The notes: generated by a model not told the origin, from the letters alone. Counted from the stretch's first letter, positions 48,531 to 58,756 are shown. The stretch: DNA of 64,000 nucleotides from Escherichia coli (GCF_003018235.1 NZ_CP027437.1), one strand, 5' to 3'. Numbers and translations are program-made.

Positions 48531-48578
48531 GGGTATGTTTATCTGCGACACTCGCAGTACCGACGACATGGAGTAAAA

Positions 48579-48989
48579 ATGTCCAGACCAACTATCATCA
48601 TTAACGACCTGGATGCCGAACGCATCGATATTCTGCTGGAGCAACCCGCCTATGCTGGTTTGCCAATCGCCGACGCGTTAAACGCAGAGTTGGATCGCGC
48701 CCAAATGTGTTCGCCAGAAGAGATGCCACACGACGTGGTGACAATGAACAGCCGGGTTAAATTCCGCAATCTTAGCGATGGCGAAGTGCGTGTGCGCACG
48801 CTGGTGTATCCGGCAAAAATGACCGACAGCAATACTCAGCTTTCCGTTATGGCTCCGGTAGGTGCCGCACTGCTGGGGCTGCGCGTTGGCGATTCCATTC
48901 ACTGGGAACTTCCGGGCGGCGTTGCAACCCACCTTGAAGTACTGGAACTCGAATACCAGCCAGAAGCTGCTGGCGACTACCTGCTTTAA
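48579..48989 (+). CDS. rnk: Regulator of nucleoside diphosphate kinase (GreA/GreB-like)
   Basis: 136-aa [25 protein letters not shown]... Confidence 0.92.
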
Positions 48990-49024
48990 TCCCATCTGCA
49001 CAAGCGATAACTCGCTTTGCCCAG

Positions 49025-49048
49025 AGGATGCACTCGCATCCTCTTTCC
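49025..49048 (+). terminator. Intrinsic terminator after rnk
   Basis: GAGGATGC-ACTC-GCATCCTC followed by TTTCC. Confidence 0.55.
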
Positions 49049-49131
49049 GCTCAAATATCAACCAGATTTATCATTTTGCTCTTAAGCGCAGCATTCTAAT
49101 CTGAACTGGTTATTCATCTGCGGAACCTCAT

Positions 49132-49221
49132 ATGAGCGAAGCTCTCGGTATCACTGCATTTTATATATTCATAGCAGCAATTATTGTTGCTGCAGTGCTA
49201 TACCTTGAACAACGCTGGTAG
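49132..49221 (+). CDS. Candidate 29-codon hydrophobic small ORF (single predicted TM helix); speculative
   Basis: ATG 49132 to TAG 49219: MSEALGITAFYIFIAAIIVAAVLYLEQRW; weak SD; not in supplied ORF track because under 60 aa. Confidence 0.2.
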   Translation: MSEALGITAFYIFIAAIIVAAVLYLEQRW

Positions 49222-49344
49222 CGCCTGGTTTTATTTATTTTCCAGCTCAATAGCAAATTCAGATCAAATCAGCCTCGCAAATCATAGATTCATAACCAAT
49301 AATGTGCTGTTATGTATACATGCAAAAACAAGGAGAGAATGCTT

Positions 49345-49773
49345 ATGTACAAAACAATCATCATGCCAGTGGATGTTTTCGAAATGGAATTGAGCGACAA
49401 AGCGGTTCGCCACGCTGAATTCCTCGCCCAGGATGACGGAGTTATTCATCTACTTCACGTACTACCGGGGTCAGCCAGCCTGAGCCTGCACCGTTTTGCC
49501 GCTGATGTACGTCGTTTTGAAGAGCATCTGCAACATGAAGCAGAAGAACGTTTGCAAACGATGGTCAGCCACTTCACCATCGATCCTTCCCGCATTAAAC
49601 AACATGTCCGTTTTGGTAGCGTGCGGGATGAAGTCAATGAGTTGGCAGAAGAACTGGGGGCTGATGTTGTCGTTATCGGTTCGCGCAACCCATCGATTTC
49701 GACCCATCTGTTAGGTTCTAACGCCTCAAGCGTTATCCGCCACGCCAATCTGCCGGTGCTGGTTGTGCGTTAA
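49345..49773 (+). CDS. uspG: Universal stress protein G
   Basis: 142-aa UspA-fold protein from [20 protein letters not shown]; AGGAG SD 9 nt upstream. Confidence 0.92.
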   Translation: MYKTIIMPVDVFEMELSDKAVRHAEFLAQDDGVIHLLHVLPGSASLSLHRFAADVRRFEEHLQHEAEERLQTMVSHFTIDPSRIKQHVRFGSVRDEVNELAEELGADVVVIGSRNPSISTHLLGSNASSVIRHANLPVLVVR

Positions 49774-49787
49774 TTGCCAGAATAAAT

Positions 49788-49828
49788 ATCCCGCCCTGCC
49801 CGGAGCCATCCCGGCGGGGCTTTTTATT
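49788..49828 (+). terminator. Intrinsic terminator after uspG
   Basis: CCCGCC...GGCGGGG hairpin followed by CTTTTTA. Confidence 0.65.
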
Positions 49829-49833
49829 GCCAT

Positions 49834-49863
49834 AAAAAAGCCGCCAGGTTTGACCCCGGCGGC
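49834..49863 (-). terminator. Intrinsic terminator after ahpF (minus strand)
   Basis: GCCGCC...GGCGGC hairpin with T-run on the minus strand. Confidence 0.6.
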
Positions 49864-49893
49864 TAAGCAATTGCAGGTGAATCTTACTTCTTC

Positions 49894-51459
49894 TTATGCA
49901 GTTTTGGTGCGAATCAGGTAGTCAAAAGCACTCAGAGAGGCTTTGGCACCTTCGCCAGTGGCGATGATGATCTGCTTGTACGGAACCGTCGTACAGTCAC
50001 CCGCTGCGAACACGCCTTTCACGTTGGTTTCGCATTTCGCATCAATGATAATCTCGCCCATGCGGTTACGTTCGACTGCGCCTTCGAGCCAGTTGGTGTT
50101 CGGCAGCAGACCAATCTGCACGAAAATACCGGCCAGTTCGATGTTGTGAATATCGCCGCTGACACGATCTCGATATTCCAGACCTACGACTTTGCTACCG
50201 TCGCCTTTCACTTCCGTGGTTTGCGCATTCAGAATAATGTCGACGTTTTTCAGGCTGCGCAGTTTGTCCTGCAGAACCTGGTCGGCTTTCATTTCTGGCG
50301 CAAATTCCAGCAGCGTTACGTGCTCAACGATACCCGCCAGGTCAATTGCCGCTTCCACGCCGGAGTTACCGCCGCCGATAACCGCTACGCGTTTACCTTT
50401 AAACAGCGGGCCGTCGCAGTGCGGGCAGTAGGTCACGCCTTTGGTGCGATACTGATCTTCGCCCGGAACGTTCATGTTGCGCCATTTTGCACCGGTCGCC
50501 ACGATAATGCTGCGTGCTTTCAGTACCGCGCCAGAAGCTGTTTCAATCTGATGCAGGCCACCTTCAACCGCTGCCGGGATCAGTTTGCTGGCGCTCTGGC
50601 TGTCGATCACATCAACGTCGTATTCATCAACGTGAACTTTCAGCGCACCTGCCAGTTTCTGGCCTTCGGTCTTCGGTACAGAAATGTAGTTTTCGATATC
50701 AACGGTATCGAGGATCTGACCACCAAAACGTTCGCCCATCAAACCAGTACGGATACCTTTACGTGCGGAGTAAATTGCTGCCGCTGCACCCGCCGGGCCG
50801 GAACCGACGATTAATACGTCATAAGCATCACGCTTGTTCAGCTCTTCTGCCGCACGTTTTTCCGCGCCAGTATCAATTTTGGCGACGATTTCAGTCAACG
50901 TCATGCGACCCTGACCAAACTCTTTCCCGTTTACGAACACTGCCGGAACGCCCATCACGTTGCGATCGGTGATTTCGTTCTGGAAGGTGCCGCCGTCAAT
51001 TGCAGTGTGCTTGATGCGCGGGTTCAGTACGCTCATCAGATTCAGCGCCTGCACCACATCCGGGCAGTTGTGGCAAGAGAGCGAGTAATAGGTTTCGAAT
51101 TCAAAATCACCGTCAATATGGCGAATCTGCTCCAGCAGAGACTGCGCTTCTTTCGACGGATGACCACCGGTCCACAACAACGCCAGTACCAGCGAGGTAA
51201 ACTCGTGGCCCAGCGGGGAACCTGCAAAACGTGGCCCCTGGTTGGAACCTGGGTTAGTGATCAGGAAAGACGGCTTACGCACCGGCAAGCTGTTATCTTC
51301 TTTAAAGGTGACTTTGTCTGACAGTTCTGCGATTTCAGCCAACAGTTCCTTGATTTCTGCCGATTTAGCGCTGTCATCCAGCGTGGCAATTAACTCAACA
51401 GGCTTGGTCAATTTCTCAAGGTAAGCCTTGAGTTGAGTTTTCATATTTGTGTCGAGCAT
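49894..51459 (-). CDS. ahpF: Alkyl hydroperoxide reductase subunit F
   Basis: 521-aa protein from [17 protein letters not shown]; redox CHNC and CPHC motifs and FAD/NAD Rossmann folds. Confidence 0.95.
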
Positions 51460-51629
51460 GTTTATCTCCTGGGCTTTAAACATCATCATGCAAGCGGCCT
51501 CTGCGGCTACCTGGATGCAGCTTGCATCATGGTGCGGGGAAGAAAATCGGGTGCCGCAGCACCCGAAGAATTAGGTGAATTTCCGAAGTATTTCGCGCCG
51601 GAGTTGGTAGCGCGAAAGACGAAGGAAAT

Positions 51630-52193
51630 TTAGATTTTACCAACCAGGTCCAGAGACGGAGCCAGAGTTGCTTCACCTTCTTTCCATTTAGCCGGGCAAA
51701 CTTCACCTGGGTGAGAAGCTACGTACTGTGCTGCTTTGATTTTACGCAGCAGGTCAGACGCGTCACGGCCAATGCCTTCAGCGGTAACTTCGATTGCCTG
51801 GATGATACCCTGCGGGTCAACAACGAAGGTCGCACGGTCAGCCAGACCTTCATCTTCACGCATGTTGTCGAAGTTACGGGTCAGGGCGCCAGTCGGGTCG
51901 CCGATCATCGCATATTTGATTTTAGCGATGGTTTCAGAGCTGCTGTGCCATGCTTTGTGGGTGAAGTGAGTATCGGTAGATACTGCGTATACGTCTACGC
52001 CCAGTTTCTGCAGTTCTTCGTAGTGGTCAGCAACGTCACCCAGTTCGGTCGGGCATACGAAAGTAAAGTCAGCCGGGTAGAAGAAGAAGACGCTCCAGCG
52101 GCCTTCGGTATCTTTTTCGGTGATTTCGATGAATTCGCCGTTTTTGAATGCCTGGTTTTTAAAAGGTTTAATTTTGGTGTTAATCAAGGACAT
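51630..52193 (-). CDS. ahpC: Alkyl hydroperoxide reductase subunit C (2-Cys peroxiredoxin)
   Basis: 187-aa ORF with peroxidatic Cys in FTFVCPTEL and resolving Cys near C-terminus. Confidence 0.96.
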   Translation of the reverse strand: MSLINTKIKPFKNQAFKNGEFIEITEKDTEGRWSVFFFYPADFTFVCPTELGDVADHYEELQKLGVDVYAVSTDTHFTHKAWHSSSETIAKIKYAMIGDPTGALTRNFDNMREDEGLADRATFVVDPQGIIQAIEVTAEGIGRDASDLLRKIKAAQYVASHPGEVCPAKWKEGEATLAPSLDLVGKI

Positions 52194-52494
52194 CTATACT
52201 TCCTCCGTGTTTTCGATGAGATGTAAGGTAACCAATTTTTGCCGATTCGGCTAATGCGTTTCCATTATCAAATCGATAAGTTTTACCTTACAACCTTCGT
52301 AAGACAACTTTGTGAACTTTGCACCGCCAGCGGCGATAAAAAGTAAAATGGCCCCCTTTCCAGGTGACCGTGTAATCTGAACTACCCTTTGGTATCTTCA
52401 GCGCCTGCCTGCAGGCTGAGGTGTTGCCCTTACAAATGCAACAACGACATGGATTACAACACCCTCATAAACAAAGGGCAATCACCTGATCTAA

Positions 52495-52530
52495 GCTCTT
52501 ACCTATGACAGTGATAGGTTATGCCTTTTA
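52495..52530. promoter_or_regulatory. Candidate OxyR-type operator in the ahpC / dsbG divergent region
   Basis: CTAT-N7-ATAG core (ACCTATGACAGTGATAGGTTATG) matches the centre of the OxyR tetrad consensus; exact site not verified. Confidence 0.35.
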
Positions 52531-52564
52531 CCCGACTTTTGCACTGACTGAAAAGGACAAATTA

Positions 52565-53311
52565 ATGTTAAAAAAGATACTTTTACTGGCTCTGCTTCCT
52601 GCAATCGCCTTCGCAGAGGAACTTCCTGATCCAGTAAAAGCGATTGAAAAACAGGGCATTACAATCATCAAAACGTTCGATGCTCCCGGAGGAATGAAAG
52701 GTTATCTCGGCAAGTATCAGGATATGGGCGTCACCATCTACCTGACTCCAGATGGTAAGCACGCTATCTCCGGTTACATGTACAACGAGAAAGGTGAAAA
52801 CCTGAGTAACACACTTATCGAAAAAGAAATTTACGCACCAGCCGGGCGCGAAATGTGGCAACGGATGGAACAATCCCACTGGCTCCTCGACGGTAAAAAA
52901 GACGCGCCGGTCATTGTCTACGTCTTCGCCGATCCGTTCTGCCCATATTGTAAACAGTTCTGGCAGCAGGCTCGCCCGTGGGTTGATTCTGGCAAAGTGC
53001 AATTAAGAACATTGTTGGTTGGCGTTATCAAGCCAGAAAGCCCGGCGACAGCAGCGGCAATTCTTGCCTCCAAAGATCCCGCAAAAACCTGGCAAGAATA
53101 TGAAGCCTCTGGTGGCAAGCTTAAGCTAAACGTGCCTGCAAACGTAAGTACAGAGCAAATGAAAGTGTTAAGCGACAACGAGAAACTGATGGACGATCTG
53201 GGGGCAAATGTCACACCAGCTATCTACTACATGAGTAAGGAAAATACGCTGCAACAGGCCGTGGGGTTGCCCGATCAGAAAACGCTTAATATCATTATGG
53301 GGAATAAATAA
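52565..53311 (+). CDS. dsbG: Periplasmic thiol:disulfide oxidoreductase DsbG
   Basis: 248-aa protein from [17 protein letters not shown] (signal peptide) with CPYC active site. Confidence 0.92.
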   Translation: MLKKILLLALLPAIAFAEELPDPVKAIEKQGITIIKTFDAPGGMKGYLGKYQDMGVTIYLTPDGKHAISGYMYNEKGENLSNTLIEKEIYAPAGREMWQRMEQSHWLLDGKKDAPVIVYVFADPFCPYCKQFWQQARPWVDSGKVQLRTLLVGVIKPESPATAAAILASKDPAKTWQEYEASGGKLKLNVPANVSTEQMKVLSDNEKLMDDLGANVTPAIYYMSKENTLQQAVGLPDQKTLNIIMGNK

Positions 53312-53518
53312 AAGATAATTCATGGATGGTTGAAATATATCCCTGTTTTTCAACCATCCTAAAAAAGCATGAATTGCTCGCTCTGCCCTAAGTGGCTGTG
53401 CTATTTTAGAAAAACTTAATTCTGAGTTAAGCAAAAAAATATAATACAAATAAATACAACAGCAACATTATTGAACAAATGAATGATTTATAGAAGAGAT
53501 AATATAACGGAGTATGTT

Positions 53519-54421
53519 ATGGCGAATCTTTATGACCTAAAAAAATTTGATCTGAATTTACTGGTCATATTTGAGTGCATTTATCAACACCTCAGCATTA
53601 GCAAAGCAGCAGAATCATTATATATAACGCCCTCTGCTGTTAGTCAGTCGTTACAACGTTTACGCGCGCAATTTAATGACCCGTTATTCATCCGCTCAGG
53701 GAAAGGTATCGCGCCGACTACGACAGGGTTAAACCTGCATCACCATCTTGAGAAGAATCTCCGAGGCCTTGAACAAACGATCAATATTGTTAATAAGTCT
53801 GAGCTAAAGAAAAATTTTATTATCTACGGTCCTCAGCTTATTTCTTGTACTAATAACAACATGCTAATCTGCTGTCTTAGACAAGATACTTCAATCGATA
53901 TAGAATGCCATGACATACTGCTTTCAGCTGAAAATGCCGAAGAACTGTTGGTTCAACGCAAAACTGACCTGGCAATTACACTACAACCAGTAATTAGCCG
54001 CTCTGTCATCTGCATGCCGTTACATACTATTCGCAATTCTCTTATATGTAGCAATAAACATCCTCGTATTACCGATACCAGTAACTATGAACAAATTATC
54101 GCCGAAGAATTCACCTTGTTGATATCTAAATCAGCAGGGATTGACGAAATTCAAATGGACATAGATGAACGTTTTATGAACCGTAAAGTTTCATTTCGCA
54201 GTTCTTCTTTGTTGACGATAATTAATAGTATTTCTGTTACTGACTTATTGGGCATTGTGCCCACCGAACTGTACGATTTACATCGTGATTTTTTGAAGTT
54301 ACAAGAGATAAAACTGGAACGACCACTTCCTGCGGTTAAACTTTATATTTCCTATAACAAGGCTTCGTTGAACAACCTTGTCTTCTCACGATTCATAGAT
54401 CGTTTAAATGATAGCTTCTGA
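53519..54421 (+). CDS. ybdO: LysR-family transcriptional regulator (AT-rich gene)
   Basis: 300-aa protein MANLYDLKKFDLNLLVIFECIY... with LysR HTH (TPSAVSQSLQRLR). Confidence 0.88.
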   Translation: MANLYDLKKFDLNLLVIFECIYQHLSISKAAESLYITPSAVSQSLQRLRAQFNDPLFIRSGKGIAPTTTGLNLHHHLEKNLRGLEQTINIVNKSELKKNFIIYGPQLISCTNNNMLICCLRQDTSIDIECHDILLSAENAEELLVQRKTDLAITLQPVISRSVICMPLHTIRNSLICSNKHPRITDTSNYEQIIAEEFTLLISKSAGIDEIQMDIDERFMNRKVSFRSSSLLTIINSISVTDLLGIVPTELYDLHRDFLKLQEIKLERPLPAVKLYISYNKASLNNLVFSRFIDRLNDSF

Positions 54422-54460
54422 TTTATTACCACGGATAAATGTTATATTACGCATCAATTG

Positions 54461-54475
54461 ATTCATTGTGTGAAT
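54461..54475. promoter_or_regulatory. Candidate LysR-type T-N11-A box upstream of ybdN
   Basis: ATTCATTGTGTGAAT dyad (TTCA-N5-TGAA) about 95 bp upstream of ybdN start, adjacent to LysR gene ybdO. Confidence 0.3.
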
Positions 54476-54567
54476 ATAAAATAATGTGCTCTATCTTGCT
54501 TCGTTTACCCTATAATTAACGGATTCATCTCACGAGTCACCCCGTAACGTTCAGAGAGCGTTTTCAG

Positions 54568-55788
54568 ATGTCTATTTATAAAATCCCGCTTCCACTGAAT
54601 ATTCTGGAAGCTGCAAAAGAACGTATTACCTGGACACTTAACACCCTACCCCGCGTCTGCGTTTCTTTTTCGGGTGGTAAAGATTCCGGATTAATGCTGC
54701 ATCTGACCGCCGAACTTGCCCGACAAATGGGCAAAAAAATTTGTGTTTTATTTATCGACTGGGAAGCTCAGTTCTCTTGCACCATTAACTATGTTCAGTC
54801 TCTGCGCGAGTTGTACACCGATGTCATCGAAGAGTTTTACTGGATTGCGCTCCCGCTTACAACGCAAAATTCCCTATCACAATACCAACCCGAATGGCAG
54901 TGCTGGGAACCTGATGTCGAATGGGTACGTCAGCCCCCGCAAGATGCGATAACCGATCCTGACTTTTTCTCCTTTTACCAGCCTGGCATGACCTTCGAAC
55001 AATTTGTGCGTGAGTTTGCCGAATGGTTTTCGCAAAAACGTCCGGCGGCGATGATGATCGGCATCCGTGCGGATGAGTCCTACAACCGTTTTGTCGCCAT
55101 CGCCAGTTTAAATAAACAACGTTTTGCCGATGATAAGCCCTGGACTACTGCCGCACCAGGCGGTCATAGCTGGTACATTTACCCCATCTACGACTGGAAA
55201 GTCGCTGATATCTGGACCTGGTATGCTAGCCATCAACGCCTCTGTAACCCACTGTATAATATAATGTATCAGGCAGGCGTTCCTCTACGTCATATGCGAA
55301 TTTGCGAACCTTTTGGTCCGGAACAACGGCAAGGATTATGGCTCTATCACGTTATCGAACCGGATCGCTGGGCTGCTATGTGCGCACGAGTCAGCGGGGT
55401 AAAAAGTGGCGGCATTTACGCCGGACATGACAACCATTTTTATGGTCATCGGAAAATCCTCAAGCCCGAACATTTAGACTGGCAGGAGTATGCATTATTG
55501 CTACTCAACAGCATGCCGGAGAAAACAGCTGAGCATTATCGCAATAAAATCGCCATTTATTTGCACTGGTATCAGAAAAAAGGCATCGAGGTTCCACAAA
55601 CCCAGCAAGGGGACATTGGCGCGAAAGATATCCCCTCCTGGCGGCGAATATGCAAAGTTTTACTCAATAACGATTACTGGTGTCGGGCATTATCATTTAG
55701 CCCGACCAAAGCGAAGAACTATCAGCGTTATAACGAACGAATAAAAGGAAAACGTCAGGAATGGGGGATACTATGCAACAACGATTAA
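54568..55788 (+). CDS. ybdN: PAPS-reductase-like PP-loop ATP pyrophosphatase family protein (IbrA-like)
   Basis: 406-aa ORF with PP-loop motif SFSGGKDSG near N-terminus. Confidence 0.85.
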   Translation: MSIYKIPLPLNILEAAKERITWTLNTLPRVCVSFSGGKDSGLMLHLTAELARQMGKKICVLFIDWEAQFSCTINYVQSLRELYTDVIEEFYWIALPLTTQNSLSQYQPEWQCWEPDVEWVRQPPQDAITDPDFFSFYQPGMTFEQFVREFAEWFSQKRPAAMMIGIRADESYNRFVAIASLNKQRFADDKPWTTAAPGGHSWYIYPIYDWKVADIWTWYASHQRLCNPLYNIMYQAGVPLRHMRICEPFGPEQRQGLWLYHVIEPDRWAAMCARVSGVKSGGIYAGHDNHFYGHRKILKPEHLDWQEYALLLLNSMPEKTAEHYRNKIAIYLHWYQKKGIEVPQTQQGDIGAKDIPSWRRICKVLLNNDYWCRALSFSPTKAKNYQRYNERIKGKRQEWGILCNND

Positions 55789-56390
55789 CGCAGGATTTAA
55801 CCCAATTTCTCGCCAGCTTGCCGGAAGACGATCGCATCAAAGCGATTAATGAAATCCGCATGGCGATCCATCAGGTTAGCCCCTTTCGAGAAGAGCCAGT
55901 GGATTGCGTTCTGTGGGTTAAAAACAGCCAACTTATGCCTAATGATTACAACCCAAACAACGTGGCACCACCCGAAAAAAAACTGCTGAAAAAATCCATT
56001 GAAATAGATGGTTTTACCCAACCCATTGTGGTCACGCATACGGATAAAAATGCCCTGGAAATCGTGGATGGTTTTCACCGCCATGAAATTGGTAAAGGCT
56101 CATCATCGTTAAAATTACGCTTAAAAGGTTATTTGCCGGTGACCTGTCTGGAAGGTACGCGTAATCAACGCATCGCCGCGACTATTCGTCATAACCGCGC
56201 TCGTGGACGTCACCAAATCACTGCCATGTCAGAAATCGTCCGTGAACTCAGCCAGTTGGGATGGGACGATAATAAAATTGGCAAAGAGCTGGGAATGGAC
56301 AGCGACGAAGTGCTACGCCTGAAGCAAATTAACGGCCTGCAAGAGTTGTTTGCCGACCGTCAATATTCCCGCGCCTGGACGGTTAAATAG
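55761..56390 (+). CDS. ybdM: ParB/sulfiredoxin-like domain protein (IbrB-like)
   Basis: 209-aa ORF with DGFHRH motif; 28-bp overlap with ybdN. Confidence 0.85.
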   Translation: MGDTMQQRLTQDLTQFLASLPEDDRIKAINEIRMAIHQVSPFREEPVDCVLWVKNSQLMPNDYNPNNVAPPEKKLLKKSIEIDGFTQPIVVTHTDKNALEIVDGFHRHEIGKGSSSLKLRLKGYLPVTCLEGTRNQRIAATIRHNRARGRHQITAMSEIVRELSQLGWDDNKIGKELGMDSDEVLRLKQINGLQELFADRQYSRAWTVK

Positions 56391-57551
56391 CTAAAGCTGG
56401 CGCAGGCGTTCAGCTGCTGCCAGCAACGTCGATTCCTTCTTGGCAAAACAGAGACGAATCAGTTTATGTGGGAAGGGATCGGCGCAAAACACCGATAGCG
56501 GAATCGCCGCTACGCCGTGCTCCTGCGTCAGCCACTGGCAAAACTCAACGTCATCCAGGGTAGATACGGCGCTGTAATCCACCAGCAAAAAGTATGTACC
56601 TTCGCACGGTAAAATCTCCAGCCGGCTTTCATTTAAGGCATTCACCAGAATATCGCGCTTCTGGCGATAAAAGTCCGGTAACGCAAGATAATGCTCAGGT
56701 TCTGCACGTAGCATATCGGCAAGCGCCAGCTGTGCCGGGGTATTCACCGAAAAGGTCAGATACTGATGTACCTTGCGAATTTCGGCACTGATGGGCGCTG
56801 GCGCAACGCAATAACCCACTTTCCAGCCGGTCATATGATAGGTCTTGCCAAACGATGACACCGCCACCGCCCGCTCACGCAGCTGCGGATGCGCCTGCAC
56901 GCTGGCATGGCCCTGTTGTGAAAAGTTGATGTGCTCGTAAACTTCATCGCTAATGACAAAAATCTCGTGCCCGGCAATTGCCTGCCACAAAGCGGCGAAA
57001 TCAGCCTGCTGCCAGACAGTTGCACTGGGGTTATGCGGGGTGTTGAGGATCACCAGTCGGGTGCGCTCGCTTAACAATGCGGCAAATTCCTGCCAGTCCA
57101 CGCGAAAATGCGGTGGTTGCAGTGCAATACGTTTCACTATTCCCCCCGAAAGCGCGATGGCGGGCGCGTAACTGTCATAGCTGGGATCAAAGCAGATCAC
57201 TTCATCACCATTGCGCACCAATGCGGTAATCGCTGCATATAACGCTTCCGTCGCCCCTGCCGTTACGGTGATATCACTATCGGCATCCGGTTGATAGCCA
57301 TACAGACGTTCCGTTTTCTGAGCAATCGCCTCGCGCAAGGCCTGCACGCCAGTCATAGGCGCGTATTGGTTTGCCCCCTGGTCAACATGGTACGCCAGCC
57401 GCTCCTGCAAATAGCGCGGACCATCAAAATCAGGAAAGCCTTGCGAAAGGTTAATCGCCTGGTGTTGCTGCGCCAGCGCGCTCATCTGGGTGAAAATAGT
57501 GGTGCCAAGTTGTGGAAGTTTGCTTTGTGGAATCAGAGGGTTATTTGTCAT
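56391..57551 (-). CDS. ybdL: PLP-dependent aminotransferase (methionine aminotransferase family)
   Basis: 386-aa ORF with fold-type I aminotransferase features and PLP-lysine context SSFGKTYHMTGWKVG. Confidence 0.9.
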   Translation of the reverse strand: MTNNPLIPQSKLPQLGTTIFTQMSALAQQHQAINLSQGFPDFDGPRYLQERLAYHVDQGANQYAPMTGVQALREAIAQKTERLYGYQPDADSDITVTAGATEALYAAITALVRNGDEVICFDPSYDSYAPAIALSGGIVKRIALQPPHFRVDWQEFAALLSERTRLVILNTPHNPSATVWQQADFAALWQAIAGHEIFVISDEVYEHINFSQQGHASVQAHPQLRERAVAVSSFGKTYHMTGWKVGYCVAPAPISAEIRKVHQYLTFSVNTPAQLALADMLRAEPEHYLALPDFYRQKRDILVNALNESRLEILPCEGTYFLLVDYSAVSTLDDVEFCQWLTQEHGVAAIPLSVFCADPFPHKLIRLCFAKKESTLLAAAERLRQL

Positions 57552-57658
57552 TTTTTATTGTGCCTGACGAAGTTGTGTTGAAGGCACTATAACACGATGC
57601 TAGTATTTGGCGATCAAGACGTTTAGATGTCTAAATAAAACAATAAGGACAACACAAC

Positions 57659-58747
57659 ATGCCTCACAATCCTATCCGCGTGGTCGTCGGCCCGGCTAAC
57701 TACTTTTCACATCCCGGCAGTCTCAATCACCTGCACGATTTTTTCACTGATGAACAACTTTCTCGCGCGGTGTGGATCTACGGCGAACGCGCCATTGCTG
57801 CGGCGCAAACAAAACTTCCGCCAGCGTTTGAACTGCCAGGGGCAAAGCATATTTTGTTTCGCGGCCATTGCAGCGAAAGCGATGTACAACAACTGGCGGC
57901 TGAGTCCGGTGACGATCGCAGCGTGGTGATTGGCGTCGGCGGCGGCGCACTGCTCGACACCGCGAAAGCCCTCGCCCGCCGTCTCGGTCTGCCGTTTGTT
58001 GCCGTTCCGACGATCGCCGCCACCTGCGCCGCCTGGACACCGCTCTCCGTCTGGTATAACGATGCCGGACAGGCGCTGCATTATGAGATTTTCGACGACG
58101 CCAATTTTATGGTGCTGGTGGAGCCAGAGATTATCCTCAATGCGCCGCAAGAATATCTGCTGGCGGGGATCGGTGACACGCTGGCGAAATGGTATGAAGC
58201 GGTGGTGCTGGCCCCGCAACCAGAAACGTTGCCGCTAACCGTGCGACTGGGGATCAATAATGCGCAGGCCATTCGCGACGTCTTGTTAAACAGTAGCGAA
58301 CAGGCGCTTGCCGATCAGCAAAATCACCAGTTAACGCAATCATTTTGCGATGTGGTGGATGCGATTATCGCCGGAGGTGGAATGGTCGGTGGTCTGGGCG
58401 ATCGTTTTACGCGTGTGGCGGCGGCCCATGCCGTGCATAACGGTCTGACCGTGCTGCCGCAAACCGAGAAGTTTCTTCACGGCACCAAAGTCGCCTACGG
58501 AATTCTGGTGCAAAGCGCCTTGCTGGGTCAGGATGATGTGCTGGCGCAATTAACAGAGGCGTATCAGCGTTTTCATCTGCCGACTACGCTGGCGGAGCTG
58601 GAAGTGGATATCAATAATCAGGCGGAGATCGACAAAGTGATTGCCCACACCTTGCGCCCGGTGGAATCCATTCATTACCTGCCGGTCACGCTGACACCGG
58701 ATACGTTGCGTGCAGCGTTCGAAAAAGTGGAATCGTTTAAAGCCTGA
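57659..58747 (+). CDS. ybdH: Iron-containing alcohol/glycerol dehydrogenase-family oxidoreductase
   Basis: 362-aa ORF with GVGGGALLDTAKA NAD-binding motif. Confidence 0.88.
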   Translation: MPHNPIRVVVGPANYFSHPGSLNHLHDFFTDEQLSRAVWIYGERAIAAAQTKLPPAFELPGAKHILFRGHCSESDVQQLAAESGDDRSVVIGVGGGALLDTAKALARRLGLPFVAVPTIAATCAAWTPLSVWYNDAGQALHYEIFDDANFMVLVEPEIILNAPQEYLLAGIGDTLAKWYEAVVLAPQPETLPLTVRLGINNAQAIRDVLLNSSEQALADQQNHQLTQSFCDVVDAIIAGGGMVGGLGDRFTRVAAAHAVHNGLTVLPQTEKFLHGTKVAYGILVQSALLGQDDVLAQLTEAYQRFHLPTTLAELEVDINNQAEIDKVIAHTLRPVESIHYLPVTLTPDTLRAAFEKVESFKA

Positions 58748-58756
58748 CGTACATAT

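Noticed and set aside
53324-53359. 11-bp-stem inverted repeat after dsbG
   Set aside because: On the plus strand the hairpin is followed by an A-run rather than a T-run, so it is not a convincing dsbG terminator. No minus-strand gene ends here. Left unannotated.
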